Origin: an uncultured delta proteobacterium
GTDB lineage: Bacteria; Myxococcota_A; Polyangia; Polyangiales; Polyangiaceae
Direction of reading: 5' to 3'
DNA: 64,000 nt
Assembly: GCA_963841435.1 (NCBI GenBank)
Contig: CAWJCS010000002.1
Span: 416,001 to 480,000, forward strand
Shown one piece after another: positions 29,348-38,238 of the stretch. The notes under the pieces were generated by a model, which worked only from the letters and a program-made list of their open reading frames with translations, searched no databases and had not been told where the DNA came from. The stretch's first letter is position 1. Each line of letters opens with the position of its first letter. The position numbers and the translations under genes were made by a program.

Positions 29348-30994
29348 GTGGCCGGAGCGTCGAAGAGCACTAGCGAGCGACGAGGGGCGGTGCTCGACGT
29401 GCTCAAGGAGCTGCTCTCCGAGGGACGCAACGACGAGGTGCTCGCGGTGGTGGAGAAGCTCGTGGCGCGCAATAGCGAGCTCGAGCAGCGGCTTGCCGAG
29501 ATCGCGTCGCGCCGCAAGAAGAACGAGAGCGTGCCGAAGGCGCAGCTGCTGTTGTTTCTCGACGCACTCGCTACGGCGGCGGAGAGCGAGAGCGGGACGG
29601 ACGAGGAGCGGGACGAAGCGAACCGAAGGCTCCGCAGTGCTGCCGGCATCGACGACGGGGCAAAGGAGGACCCGGAGACGAAGGAAACGAAGGAGCCCAA
29701 GAAGCAGCCGCCGCTGCGGAAGGCGCCGCCGCCGGAGCTGCGACGTATCGAGAACCTGCTCCGCGTGCCCGACGCCGAGCGACCCTGCCCGGTCTGCGGA
29801 GCCGAGCGGGAGTGCATCGGCCACGACGTGACGGAAGTCATCGAGCTCATCCCGGCAGAGGTCGTGGTGCGGCGCGACGCTCGCGAGAAGCTTGCGTGCA
29901 AGCGGTGCGAGGGCGAGCTCGTGCGAGCACCGCCGGGCGACAAGGTCGTCTCGGGCGGCAAGCTCGGCGCGAGACTCGTCGCCCAGCTCTTGGTGGACAA
30001 GTATTGGGATGGCCTGCCGCTGCACCGTCAGAGGCAGCGTTTCGAGAGAATGGGGCTCGACATCAGCGTCTCGACGCTCGCCGACCAGGTGACGTGGGCG
30101 ACGGACTTGCTCCGACCGCTCTGGCGCGCGGCCATCGCGAACGTCTTGATGTCGGTCGTGATGCACCTGGACGGCACGAGCCTGCCAGTGCTCGATCGGG
30201 ACGCGCCTGGCGGCAAGAAGCTCGGAACGCTCTGGGGTTACGTGGGCGACCAAGAGACGGCGCTCTACCTCTACGCCTCGACCGGCAAAAAGACGGGGCA
30301 GAAAAAGGGTGAGCTTGGGCCGGAAGACGTGCTCAAGCTCCGAAACGGCTACACGGTGGCCGACGCGGCCGGCGTTTTCGATGCGAGCTTCAAGCGCGAG
30401 ACGCTCATCGAGTGCGGCTGCAACATGCACGCTCGCCGCTACTTCTTCGAGGCGCTCGACGGCGGTGACAAGCGCGCGGCGCTGCCGATCGCCGCGTACA
30501 AGAAGCTTTACGAAATCGAGGCGGGGACGAAGGACGCGACGCCGGAGGCCCGGCTCGTCGAGCGGCAGGCACGGAGCAAGCCGGTCTTCGACGAGCTCGT
30601 CGCCTGGGCGAACGTCCACGAACCGCACGAACCACCGAGCTCGCCGATGGGCACGGCGATCCGCTACCTCCAAAACCACCACGTCGCGCTCGGTCGGTTT
30701 CTCGAAGACGGTGTGATCCCCATCGACAACGGCGTCGTCGAACGCCTGCACGTCCGCGCGGCACTCACGCGCAAGAACTTTCTCTTCGCCGGCTCCGACG
30801 CCGGCGGCGAACGAGCTGCGATCGCCTACACCATCCTCGGCTGCTCGGCGCTCGCCGAGATCGACCCCGTCGAGTACCTCGCCGACGTGCTGCCGCGCCT
30901 CGCCCGCCGTATGCGTCTCAAGGATCTGCCGGATTTGCTGCCGGCGCCGTGGCAGGTGGCGCGCGCGGCGGCGCCGCCTTCCGCCGCCGAATAG
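29348..30994 (+). CDS. tnpC: IS66 DDE transposase TnpC
   Basis: CPVCG...CKRC zinc finger, LPLHRQ, HLDGT, CNMHARR, IDNGVVER, RKNFLFAGS, DPVEYL, LLP. Confidence 0.96.
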   Translation: MAGASKSTSERRGAVLDVLKELLSEGRNDEVLAVVEKLVARNSELEQRLAEIASRRKKNESVPKAQLLLFLDALATAAESESGTDEERDEANRRLRSAAGIDDGAKEDPETKETKEPKKQPPLRKAPPPELRRIENLLRVPDAERPCPVCGAERECIGHDVTEVIELIPAEVVVRRDAREKLACKRCEGELVRAPPGDKVVSGGKLGARLVAQLLVDKYWDGLPLHRQRQRFERMGLDISVSTLADQVTWATDLLRPLWRAAIANVLMSVVMHLDGTSLPVLDRDAPGGKKLGTLWGYVGDQETALYLYASTGKKTGQKKGELGPEDVLKLRNGYTVADAAGVFDASFKRETLIECGCNMHARRYFFEALDGGDKRAALPIAAYKKLYEIEAGTKDATPEARLVERQARSKPVFDELVAWANVHEPHEPPSSPMGTAIRYLQNHHVALGRFLEDGVIPIDNGVVERLHVRAALTRKNFLFAGSDAGGERAAIAYTILGCSALAEIDPVEYLADVLPRLARRMRLKDLPDLLPAPWQVARAAAPPSAAE

Positions 30995-31083
30995 CCCGAC
31001 CGGCCACACCTCGGCGTCAACCCTCGCACCGGGTGCGGTCCGGCGGACGGACACCAGCGTAGCGGCTCGGGCTTGCGCCGCGA

Positions 31084-32547
31084 CTACCGCCGACTGCGCC
31101 GCCGGCGCGCGAAGAGCATGCCGAGCCCGGCCATCGCGACGAATGCCCACAGGCGGCCTTCGGCGGAGTGCCCTGCGATCCGGCAGCCGCAGCCGGCCGG
31201 CTCTTCCGGTGCGTTGGCTCCGGTCGCTGCGCCGCTGCCCGGCGCACCGCCAGTCCCTGAAGCGCCGGCCGACGTCGCGCCACCGGTGCCGCCCATCGCC
31301 GGCGTCGTGCCGCCCGTGGCACCGCTTCCGCCCGTGCCCGCTGACTGAGAACCGCCCGCAGCGGTGTCGCCCGCCGTGGAACCGCCGTTGCCGCTCGACC
31401 CGCCGGTGCTCATGCCGCCCGTCCCAGACGCGCCACCCGTGCTCATCATGCCGCCCGTCCCAGACGCGCCACCCGCGCCTGCGCCACCCGCGCCTGCGCC
31501 ACCCACGCTCGCACCACCGGAGCTCGCACCTGCATTCATCCCGCCAGCACCCGCGATTGCGCCAGTGCCGGCAGCACCCCCGCTCCCGGCGCCACCCGCG
31601 CCCGAAGCGCCGCCGCTGCTGGCACCGCCGGCCCCGCCCATGCCTCCGGTGCCCGAAGTGGTCATGAGCCCACAGGCGCCGGTCGGCTTGTCGAGACCGA
31701 GGAAGGTGACGACCTGACCGAACAAGTTCGCGCCGGTGAGGTCGTGACGCTGGCTGGTGGGACCGAGGTTCGTCTCCAGCCTCACGTTACCGTCAGTGTC
31801 CTTGTACACGGTGCGCGTCCAACCGCTCGGCGCCCCCGTGCCTGACATCCCCGCGCCGAGGTTGCTCAAGTTCTGGAACTGCGCGGCGACCGCGGGGAGC
31901 CAGCCGTTGAAGTTGTACTCGTCCCCACCGCCTACCCACTGCTGCGAGCACGGCCGCGTACCGTCCCAGGCAAAAACGTTGCGAGCCATGTCGCCCCAAT
32001 ACTTGCCGTCCGTGCTCGGCGGGCTCGACCCGCACTTCGTGCAGGTGGTGTCATTCGCGGGCCAACCGCCGGCCGTGAACCCCGGCATCGCGGAGCCGCC
32101 GGCGAAAACGTCCGGATAGATCGCGAGCAGCGTGTTCGTCATGCATCCGCCGGAAGACAGGCCGGCGGCGAACACTCTGTCTTTGTCACCGCCCTTGTTG
32201 GTGATGACGTAGTTGACCATCTTCACGATGGCGGCGCGGTCGCCCGAGCGGCCCAGGCTCGAATCGAAGCACTGCTTCCCGGCGTCCGGCGAGACGATGT
32301 AAAAACCGTTCTGGTCGGCGGCGGACTGGAACCAGGAGTGCGTGTTCGACGCGTGCCCGGTGCAGTAGTGGATGGCCACGAGGATCGCCGGTGGGCTCGC
32401 GGGCGTGGTCGGCGTGTAAAGGTCCCCTTGCAGCGTGGCGCCGAACGGGGCGTTGCTCTGCCAGCTGCCAGCGTGCGCCGCAGCGGGCCACAACAGCCCG
32501 GCCGCGATCGCCAGCGAACCCGCAACGTGATTCCGGATTTGGGTCAT
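31084..32547 (-). CDS. Secreted PHB-depolymerase-family / CE1-like esterase with MYXO-CTERM-like tail
   Basis: Signal AAAHA, LVAIHYCTG, nucleophile GLSSGG, Gly-rich linker, GCGCRI...hydrophobic...RRRRSRR. Confidence 0.88.
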   Translation of the reverse strand: MTQIRNHVAGSLAIAAGLLWPAAAHAGSWQSNAPFGATLQGDLYTPTTPASPPAILVAIHYCTGHASNTHSWFQSAADQNGFYIVSPDAGKQCFDSSLGRSGDRAAIVKMVNYVITNKGGDKDRVFAAGLSSGGCMTNTLLAIYPDVFAGGSAMPGFTAGGWPANDTTCTKCGSSPPSTDGKYWGDMARNVFAWDGTRPCSQQWVGGGDEYNFNGWLPAVAAQFQNLSNLGAGMSGTGAPSGWTRTVYKDTDGNVRLETNLGPTSQRHDLTGANLFGQVVTFLGLDKPTGACGLMTTSGTGGMGGAGGASSGGASGAGGAGSGGAAGTGAIAGAGGMNAGASSGGASVGGAGAGGAGAGGASGTGGMMSTGGASGTGGMSTGGSSGNGGSTAGDTAAGGSQSAGTGGSGATGGTTPAMGGTGGATSAGASGTGGAPGSGAATGANAPEEPAGCGCRIAGHSAEGRLWAFVAMAGLGMLFARRRRSRR

Positions 32548-32779
32548 CAAGATCTCCGCGCCGGGTCCACGACCCAACGCCAGTAAAACCAACACCCGGA
32601 AAGTGCCCTGCAACCCCGCGGTGATCTTCGCATATGGCGCTACCGCATTGCCTTTTTGCGACGCCCTCGGGGGTGGCTCAGGAATTGTCCAGTAGCGGGA
32701 GATCTGCGGCTCGGCCTGGTTGACGTCCCGCTCACGCTCAAGCAGGACGCCGGGTATGCTCCCTGCGATCGTGCCACCG

Positions 32780-32849
32780 GAGGCGTGCTGCGATCACCTA
32801 GCGTGCCCCTGCGTTCGAAGTAGCCGACGCCGGTTTCGTAGAGGCGCAC
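32780..32849 (-). pseudogene. Very short remnant resembling the N-terminus of DUF4139-type proteins
   Basis: VRLYETGVGYFERRG only; the rest of the ORF is unrecognisable. Confidence 0.3.
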
Positions 32850-32910
32850 GGTAAGGCCGCGATCTGGAGGGACAGCGGAGGGGGAGGTTCCCCGACGAGG
32901 GGCTCGGCCC

Positions 32911-35757
32911 GTGAGCGAGGCGCCGAAAAAAAAAGCCGGCTCGGTGGGATCAACGGGGCGGCAGAGCTACAATCCCCTTTCTGCGCTCAGCGCGAACGCG
33001 TCCACGCCGTTCGCCAGTCTGCAAGCGGCGATCGACTTTGCGGGAGCGCATCCCGAGGTCTCGAGCGATGTCTGCGTGGCGTCGGGTCCCGACTGTGACC
33101 TCACCGCGACTTACTTCGTGACGGGCGCCCTCGTGTTGCGCGACGGAGTCGGCGTTTACGGCGGCTACGAATCCGGAAGCTTCCAGCGCTGCCCGGGGTC
33201 GGAGACGGTGATCGACGCGGCGTCCGGAAGCCCGTCCGTCGTCTTCGACCGCCTGCCAACGGGTCCGACCACGCTCGACGGTTTTACGCTGCACCTGCCG
33301 GTGACCGTGGATCGCTCGAGCGCGATCACGCTGTCGAATCTGAAGGACGTCCCGAGCATCAACGTCGACCGTTCGACCGATCTCGTCGTCCGACGAGTCG
33401 CGGGCGTCGGGCCCGTCTTCGTCAACGCGACTAGTCCGGCATCGTTCACGGAGAGCGTCATTTCAACGCCCAGCGGCACCGCGCTCTACGTTGACGATTG
33501 CGCGATGACGATTTCGGGTAGCCAATTCTCGTCGGGCACCCTTGCCGACACGGCGATCGTCATCGAGGGGCGGCAGCCCGTCGCCTTTTCGTCGAACGTC
33601 GTCCAGTCGGCAGGCGCCGGCATCCTGGCCTGGGACGGGTACGCCGAGATTTCGGACAACACCGTCACCGCGAGCGCCACGGCGGTCCACCTCGACGGCT
33701 GTCTCGTCGGCGGCACCTGGGTTCGCAACAACGACATCACCGGCGCGACGGGGGTCGACGTTTCCGGGTGCGGCGTGGATGCGCGTGTCGTATCGAACAC
33801 GATCCGCGCAGTCGGTGGACCTCAATGGTCTTTCCCGGCCGGGATTTATTGCCAGCCCGGCTGCAGCGTGACCGACAACGACGTGCAGGTTGACGCGGTC
33901 GGTGGCCCGCTAGGGCACGTGTACGGCGTGTACCTAGAGGACCTCGATGCTGGCGAAGGCGTGGTGCTCCGAAACCGGATCAGGGTCCTCGGTTCAGGGC
34001 CGAGCTCCGGCCTGACGCTCTTCCAAGGCATGGCGGAACGAAACCGGGTGGCTGCCTCGTCTTCTGGCCCGGATGGCGAGGCCGTGCGCATCGATGTCGG
34101 AACGCTTCGAAACAACATCATCATTGGGCCGCTCCGCGTCCGCCCCTCTGGTCAGGGGAGCTCCCTGCTCGTCGAGCACAACACCGTGCACGGAGAGTTG
34201 CTGCTCGACGGAGAGGGCGGGAAGTTTTTCGGCAACGTCTTCGAGGCCACCATTCCCGTGAACCAGGGCACGGCTTGGAATTCTGCGGCGGTGTGGCCAA
34301 TCCCGCCGTGGGACGACTTCGTCGACAACGACCTCTTGCCGGGCGGAGCGACGCTCTACTCGGCCGACGGAAACGGCTCCGCTCGGATCACGTCGATCGC
34401 GACCTTCAACGCGCTCACGGCGGCGTCTCCCTACAGTTCGACGACTCTGGGCAATTTCTCCGCGGATCCACTGTTCGGCTTGGGCGATCATCTCTCCGCC
34501 GGCTCCCCCTGCATCGATCGCGGCGCGGCATCCGTGACGGGCGACATCGACATCGACGGCGAGCCCCGCAGCGGCAACAAGGACGTGGGCGCCGACGAAT
34601 ACAGCGCTGGTCCGCCCTGCGGGGGCTTCTCGTGCAACGGCCCCGGCTCGTGCCTCGACATTGGCCCCGAGCCCACCTGCTTCTGCGCTGCCGGCTACCT
34701 GAATCCGCCTGGCGATCCGCAGAGCTGCGTCGTCAATGAGTGCGCTTCGAGCCCCTGCGACCCGCTGACCACCTGTACGAACACGTTTCCCGGCTTCGCG
34801 TGCGGGCCCTGTCCGTCCGGAACCACCGGCACCGGTGACACGGAGTGCCGTGACGCCGACCAGTGTCAGGTGAACAACGGGGGCTGCGACCCGCTGACGG
34901 CCTGCATCGACGAACGCATCGGTCGAAGCTGCGGGCCGTGTCCCGCGGGGTACCTCGGCGACGGCGAGGTCGGCTGCTTCCTCGACGCCTGCAACCTGAA
35001 CAACGGCGGTTGCGATCCGCTGACCACGTGCACGCCGGGGCCGGGCGGACCGACCTGCGGCTCGTGCCCAGCGGGCTACGTCGGTGACGGCGCCACCGGT
35101 TGCATCGAGGTCGTGTGCGGAGACGTGACGTTCGTCGATGCCAAGCTCGAAGCGGCCGTGCGCGCCGCGGTGGCGACGCCGAGCGGTCCCATCACGGGCG
35201 CGCAGGTGGCGGCGCTCGGGAGCTTCTCCGCGACGGGGATGGGTATCGTCAACCTGACCGGCCTCGAGTGTTTTTCGGGCCTCACCTCGCTCGACCTTTA
35301 CCTCAACCAAATCCAATATCTATTTGCGCTCGAAACCCTGCCGCGTCTCACGACCCTGAAAGTCTCCTCCAACAAGGTTCGCTACCTCGGCTCGCTGCCG
35401 CATCTGACCAACCTGAACGTCGAATACAACCAGCTCCCCAATCTCGACGACCTCGAGTGGATGCCGAACCTTCGGACCCTGGACGTCAGCAACAACCCGC
35501 TCACCAACGTGGACGGCCTCCAGTTCTCCGGGAACATCGACTGGGTCGACCTTCGATTCACGCCACCGTGGGAGCTAGACGGCCTGCTCTCGAGCGGGAT
35601 TGGTGCCGGAGACACCGTGTACCTCGACTCGTACCTCACGCAGCCGTCGGGCTGGCCCTGCCGGTACACGTGCGCTCAGGTCGACTCTGACGTCGACGTG
35701 CTCCGGAGCTGGGGCGTGAACGTGATCAGCCCGGTGCACTGCGCACGCTGTCCCTAA
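32911..35757 (+). CDS. Beta-helix, EGF-like repeat and internalin-like LRR protein, probably 5'-truncated
   Basis: TPFASLQAAID, beta-helix strands, SPCIDRG...DIDGEPR...DVGADE, repeated CDPLTxC...CGPCPxG, FVDAKLEAAVRAA cap and LxxLxLxxN repeats; no signal peptide at the ORF start. Confidence 0.82.
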   Translation: MSEAPKKKAGSVGSTGRQSYNPLSALSANASTPFASLQAAIDFAGAHPEVSSDVCVASGPDCDLTATYFVTGALVLRDGVGVYGGYESGSFQRCPGSETVIDAASGSPSVVFDRLPTGPTTLDGFTLHLPVTVDRSSAITLSNLKDVPSINVDRSTDLVVRRVAGVGPVFVNATSPASFTESVISTPSGTALYVDDCAMTISGSQFSSGTLADTAIVIEGRQPVAFSSNVVQSAGAGILAWDGYAEISDNTVTASATAVHLDGCLVGGTWVRNNDITGATGVDVSGCGVDARVVSNTIRAVGGPQWSFPAGIYCQPGCSVTDNDVQVDAVGGPLGHVYGVYLEDLDAGEGVVLRNRIRVLGSGPSSGLTLFQGMAERNRVAASSSGPDGEAVRIDVGTLRNNIIIGPLRVRPSGQGSSLLVEHNTVHGELLLDGEGGKFFGNVFEATIPVNQGTAWNSAAVWPIPPWDDFVDNDLLPGGATLYSADGNGSARITSIATFNALTAASPYSSTTLGNFSADPLFGLGDHLSAGSPCIDRGAASVTGDIDIDGEPRSGNKDVGADEYSAGPPCGGFSCNGPGSCLDIGPEPTCFCAAGYLNPPGDPQSCVVNECASSPCDPLTTCTNTFPGFACGPCPSGTTGTGDTECRDADQCQVNNGGCDPLTACIDERIGRSCGPCPAGYLGDGEVGCFLDACNLNNGGCDPLTTCTPGPGGPTCGSCPAGYVGDGATGCIEVVCGDVTFVDAKLEAAVRAAVATPSGPITGAQVAALGSFSATGMGIVNLTGLECFSGLTSLDLYLNQIQYLFALETLPRLTTLKVSSNKVRYLGSLPHLTNLNVEYNQLPNLDDLEWMPNLRTLDVSNNPLTNVDGLQFSGNIDWVDLRFTPPWELDGLLSSGIGAGDTVYLDSYLTQPSGWPCRYTCAQVDSDVDVLRSWGVNVISPVHCARCP

Positions 35758-35813
35758 AGCGGTGGACGAGCTCGTGGCGCGGAGGACCGGCAGACATGCG
35801 GCGGCGGGGCCCT

Positions 35814-37157
35814 TTACGGCGTCGCGCTAGAAGCCGGGGGCGAAGCCGGGGGCACTGCAAGCGACGGACCCGCGGGGAGCGTTTGCTTGAAGCTGAGCCG
35901 ATCGGCGACGCTGGCCCTCTTCTTGAGGTCGTCCAGCAGAGCTTGCCCGCAGGCCTCGAAGCGCGGAGTCTTGTTGTTCGCGAATGTGCGGGAGTTTCGT
36001 TCGACCTTGACGTTGACGGTGATGGCGGGCGTGCCCGGAACGGAGCCCTCGTTCTTGGTCCAGCAGGCCAGCATGGCCGCCCTCACCTGCGCCTCGCTCG
36101 GGAACGCGGGACTGGTCTGCTTGCCCGGAAGAAGAAGATCGAACCGATCGATGTCTTGACCGAACGGCAGCCGCTGCCGAATGCCGGCGAGCACGTGCTC
36201 TGCGCAGGCTCGGAATCGAGGATGCTGATCGGGAGCGGGGCCGAGCAGAACGACGATCGGGTTCTGGGAGTTGGACGTCCAAGTGATGGCCGCGATCAGG
36301 CTAGACGCGGCTGTTTCGGCATCCGCTCCTTCGGTTTGCTTCCAGCAGTCGAGCAGACGCTGCCTGAGCTCGGCCTGGCTGGGTCGCACGGTTCGGGCGG
36401 GAGGTTGGCTCGAGGAGACGGCGGGCGCGCGATCCGTCGGGACGGCGACGGGCGACGAGCTCGCGGCAGCGCTTGGCGCGGACGGAGGCGCAACGTCAAC
36501 GGCACCGGCGTCGGAAACGGCGCCGGGCGCTAGGGGCGCGGTCGCCGACGCCGAAGGCGCCGACGCCGAAGGCTCCGTCACCCGCGAATACAGGAACAAT
36601 GCCGCGCCCGTGCCGACTGCCACGGTCCCGAGCGCCAGCACGCTCCCAAGGACCGCGGCGGCGCGCAGCGACGGCGGTCGCGACACCGTGGCGGGCTCGA
36701 AGCTCGCGCGCGGGTTGACGCTCGGGTCGAGCACGTGAATGAGGCGCTGCAGGTGGTGATAGAAGTCGGTCCCCGAGTCGATACGCATGCCGTTGTAGCG
36801 AAGAAGAGGTTGTAGGTTCGGCGGGAGCTCGGACGCGCTCGGAAGCTCGGCACCTCCGACTAGGAGCGGGATCATGCGCAGGTCACGACGCCCTAGCGCG
36901 GTCTCGATCTCCCAGCGTACCCAGTCGTCCGGATTAGCGAGGCTGCCGCCCGTCAGCCAATCGGGGCCGATGACGACGAGCAGCACCGCCGCTTGGGAAA
37001 GCGCTGCCGCGATGCGCTGTGGGAAGTGCTGCCCCGGGGGAATGTGGACGAGATCGTAAAAGATTTCGTCGCGACCGAAGTGTTGGGCCAGTCGGTCCTG
37101 GATCCTTCCCACGATGTCCGTCGACGTCCCTCTTCTATAGGAGATGAAGATCTTCAC
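35814..37157 (-). CDS. TIR-domain transmembrane protein with a duplicated C-terminal domain
   Basis: KIFISYRR, IFYD, LLVVIGPDWL, DWVRWEIETAL, MIPLLVGGA; TM segment AAAVLGSVLALGTVAVGTGAALFLY; Pro/Ser/Ala linker; two PSxAxxRxxxLxCWxxxEG units. Confidence 0.88.
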   Translation of the reverse strand: MKIFISYRRGTSTDIVGRIQDRLAQHFGRDEIFYDLVHIPPGQHFPQRIAAALSQAAVLLVVIGPDWLTGGSLANPDDWVRWEIETALGRRDLRMIPLLVGGAELPSASELPPNLQPLLRYNGMRIDSGTDFYHHLQRLIHVLDPSVNPRASFEPATVSRPPSLRAAAVLGSVLALGTVAVGTGAALFLYSRVTEPSASAPSASATAPLAPGAVSDAGAVDVAPPSAPSAAASSSPVAVPTDRAPAVSSSQPPARTVRPSQAELRQRLLDCWKQTEGADAETAASSLIAAITWTSNSQNPIVVLLGPAPDQHPRFRACAEHVLAGIRQRLPFGQDIDRFDLLLPGKQTSPAFPSEAQVRAAMLACWTKNEGSVPGTPAITVNVKVERNSRTFANNKTPRFEACGQALLDDLKKRASVADRLSFKQTLPAGPSLAVPPASPPASSATP

Positions 37158-37649
37158 CCAACCCAGAGGCTCGGACTGTCCTCTCCGTCCGTCAAGAGCG
37201 TGTGTGTCGGCACGGGTCCCGCTGCCGCCCGGCCGGTCGTTGACCCGGGGAAAAGCTTCTTGCCGCGCGGTCACGCTGCGATCAGCATCCCAGCATGTCG
37301 ATCGCCTCCTTCTGCTCGAGGTGGCCTGGCGCCCGATTGGCGCTCTCGTTCTCGGCGCTCGCAACGCCCCTGACGAGCTGCTCCCGCATGGACTCGAATC
37401 CTTCCTCCACCAGCAGCGCGAGCGCGACGGCAAGCCCAGGTGCAATTGCAGCCGCGCCGAGCGGATCGAGCCGGGCGTCGAGCACCACCCCACCGAGCTC
37501 GTGTGGAAATGCCCCGCCGCAAAAGGGGGCACCGTGACCGTTCTCACGGATGTCAGGTACGAGCTCTACAGCATCGGCTTCCTGAGACGTTAGAAGTGGG
37601 CGTCGCGCGGCGATTGCCCTGCGCGAAGGTCATCGCGCTTTTTGCGCAA

Positions 37650-37759
37650 ACTCCGGCCCCATCGCGGATGGGGTTAATCGCGGCAGCGGTGCAGGGACAA
37701 ACGGCCACGCAGCCGCCGCCAAAGGAAACGCCGGCAGGCCACGCGTGGGATACCGGGGT
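37650..37759 (+). promoter_or_regulatory. Candidate structured 5' leader upstream of the HiPIP gene
   Basis: Closing stem ACTCCGG/CCGGGGT encloses hairpin CCCCATC-GCG-GATGGGG and a GCGGC...GCCGC stem; adjacent palindrome TTTGCGCAAA at 37641-37650. Confidence 0.3.
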
Positions 37760-37795
37760 AGACAGAGCCTTCCACCTCGACAAGGAGCCTTCGCA

Positions 37796-38167
37796 ATGAA
37801 ACGGGACGAACGATCATCGCAGTCCGACTCCGCTCCGGGCCGCTCGACACCTCTGGCGCCGACGATGACACGACGCGCCGCTCTCGGGCGCGTGCTCGCG
37901 CTCCCTCTGGTCGCCGCGCTCCCCGCTGGCGTCGTCGCCTGCTCGCGGGGCCCGCACTGCGACGAAACCGGCAATCTTTCCGCGGATGACGTGCGCACGA
38001 GAACGGAGATTGCCGTCTACGTCGAGAAATCTTCCGATCCCAAAAAACATTGCTCGGGCTGCGTTCAGTTCCAGCCGGTGGGCGAGGACGAGTGCGGAAC
38101 CTGCAAGGTCGTCAAGGGCCCCATCAACCCGCAAGGCAGCTGCAAGCTATTCCAGGCGAAGGCGTGA
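37796..38167 (+). CDS. High-potential iron-sulfur protein (HiPIP), Tat-exported, possibly a lipoprotein
   Basis: AAGGAG RBS; TRRAAL twin-arginine motif; VVAC; YVEKS...CSGCVQF...CGTCKVVKGPINPQGSCKLF. Confidence 0.85.
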   Translation: MKRDERSSQSDSAPGRSTPLAPTMTRRAALGRVLALPLVAALPAGVVACSRGPHCDETGNLSADDVRTRTEIAVYVEKSSDPKKHCSGCVQFQPVGEDECGTCKVVKGPINPQGSCKLFQAKA

Positions 38168-38238
38168 CCTCGGCCGGCGCGATCGCGTCTGGCTTGCCCG
38201 CCGAGCCATCGGACGACGGGGCGTTCCGATCGGACTGT

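Larger units (their letters stand above)
28484..31054 (+). mobile_element. IS66-family insertion sequence, 2571 bp, apparently intact
   Basis: 24-bp terminal inverted repeats GTGTCCGTCCGCCCGAGCGCACCC / GTGTCCGTCCGCCGGACCGCACCC (22/24); perfect 8-bp direct repeat CAGCGTAG at 28476-28483 and 31055-31062; three ORFs in tnpA-tnpB-tnpC order. Confidence 0.96.

Noticed and set aside
32860-32960. SAM-riboswitch-like words (GGAGGGAC, GGCCCG) and an A9 tract as a terminator
   Set aside because: Order and spacing do not fit SAM-I, and no convincing hairpin precedes the T-run on the minus strand
37160-37593. Short ORFs upstream of the TIR gene on both strands
   Set aside because: Possibly a gene remnant, but no frame could be assigned with confidence
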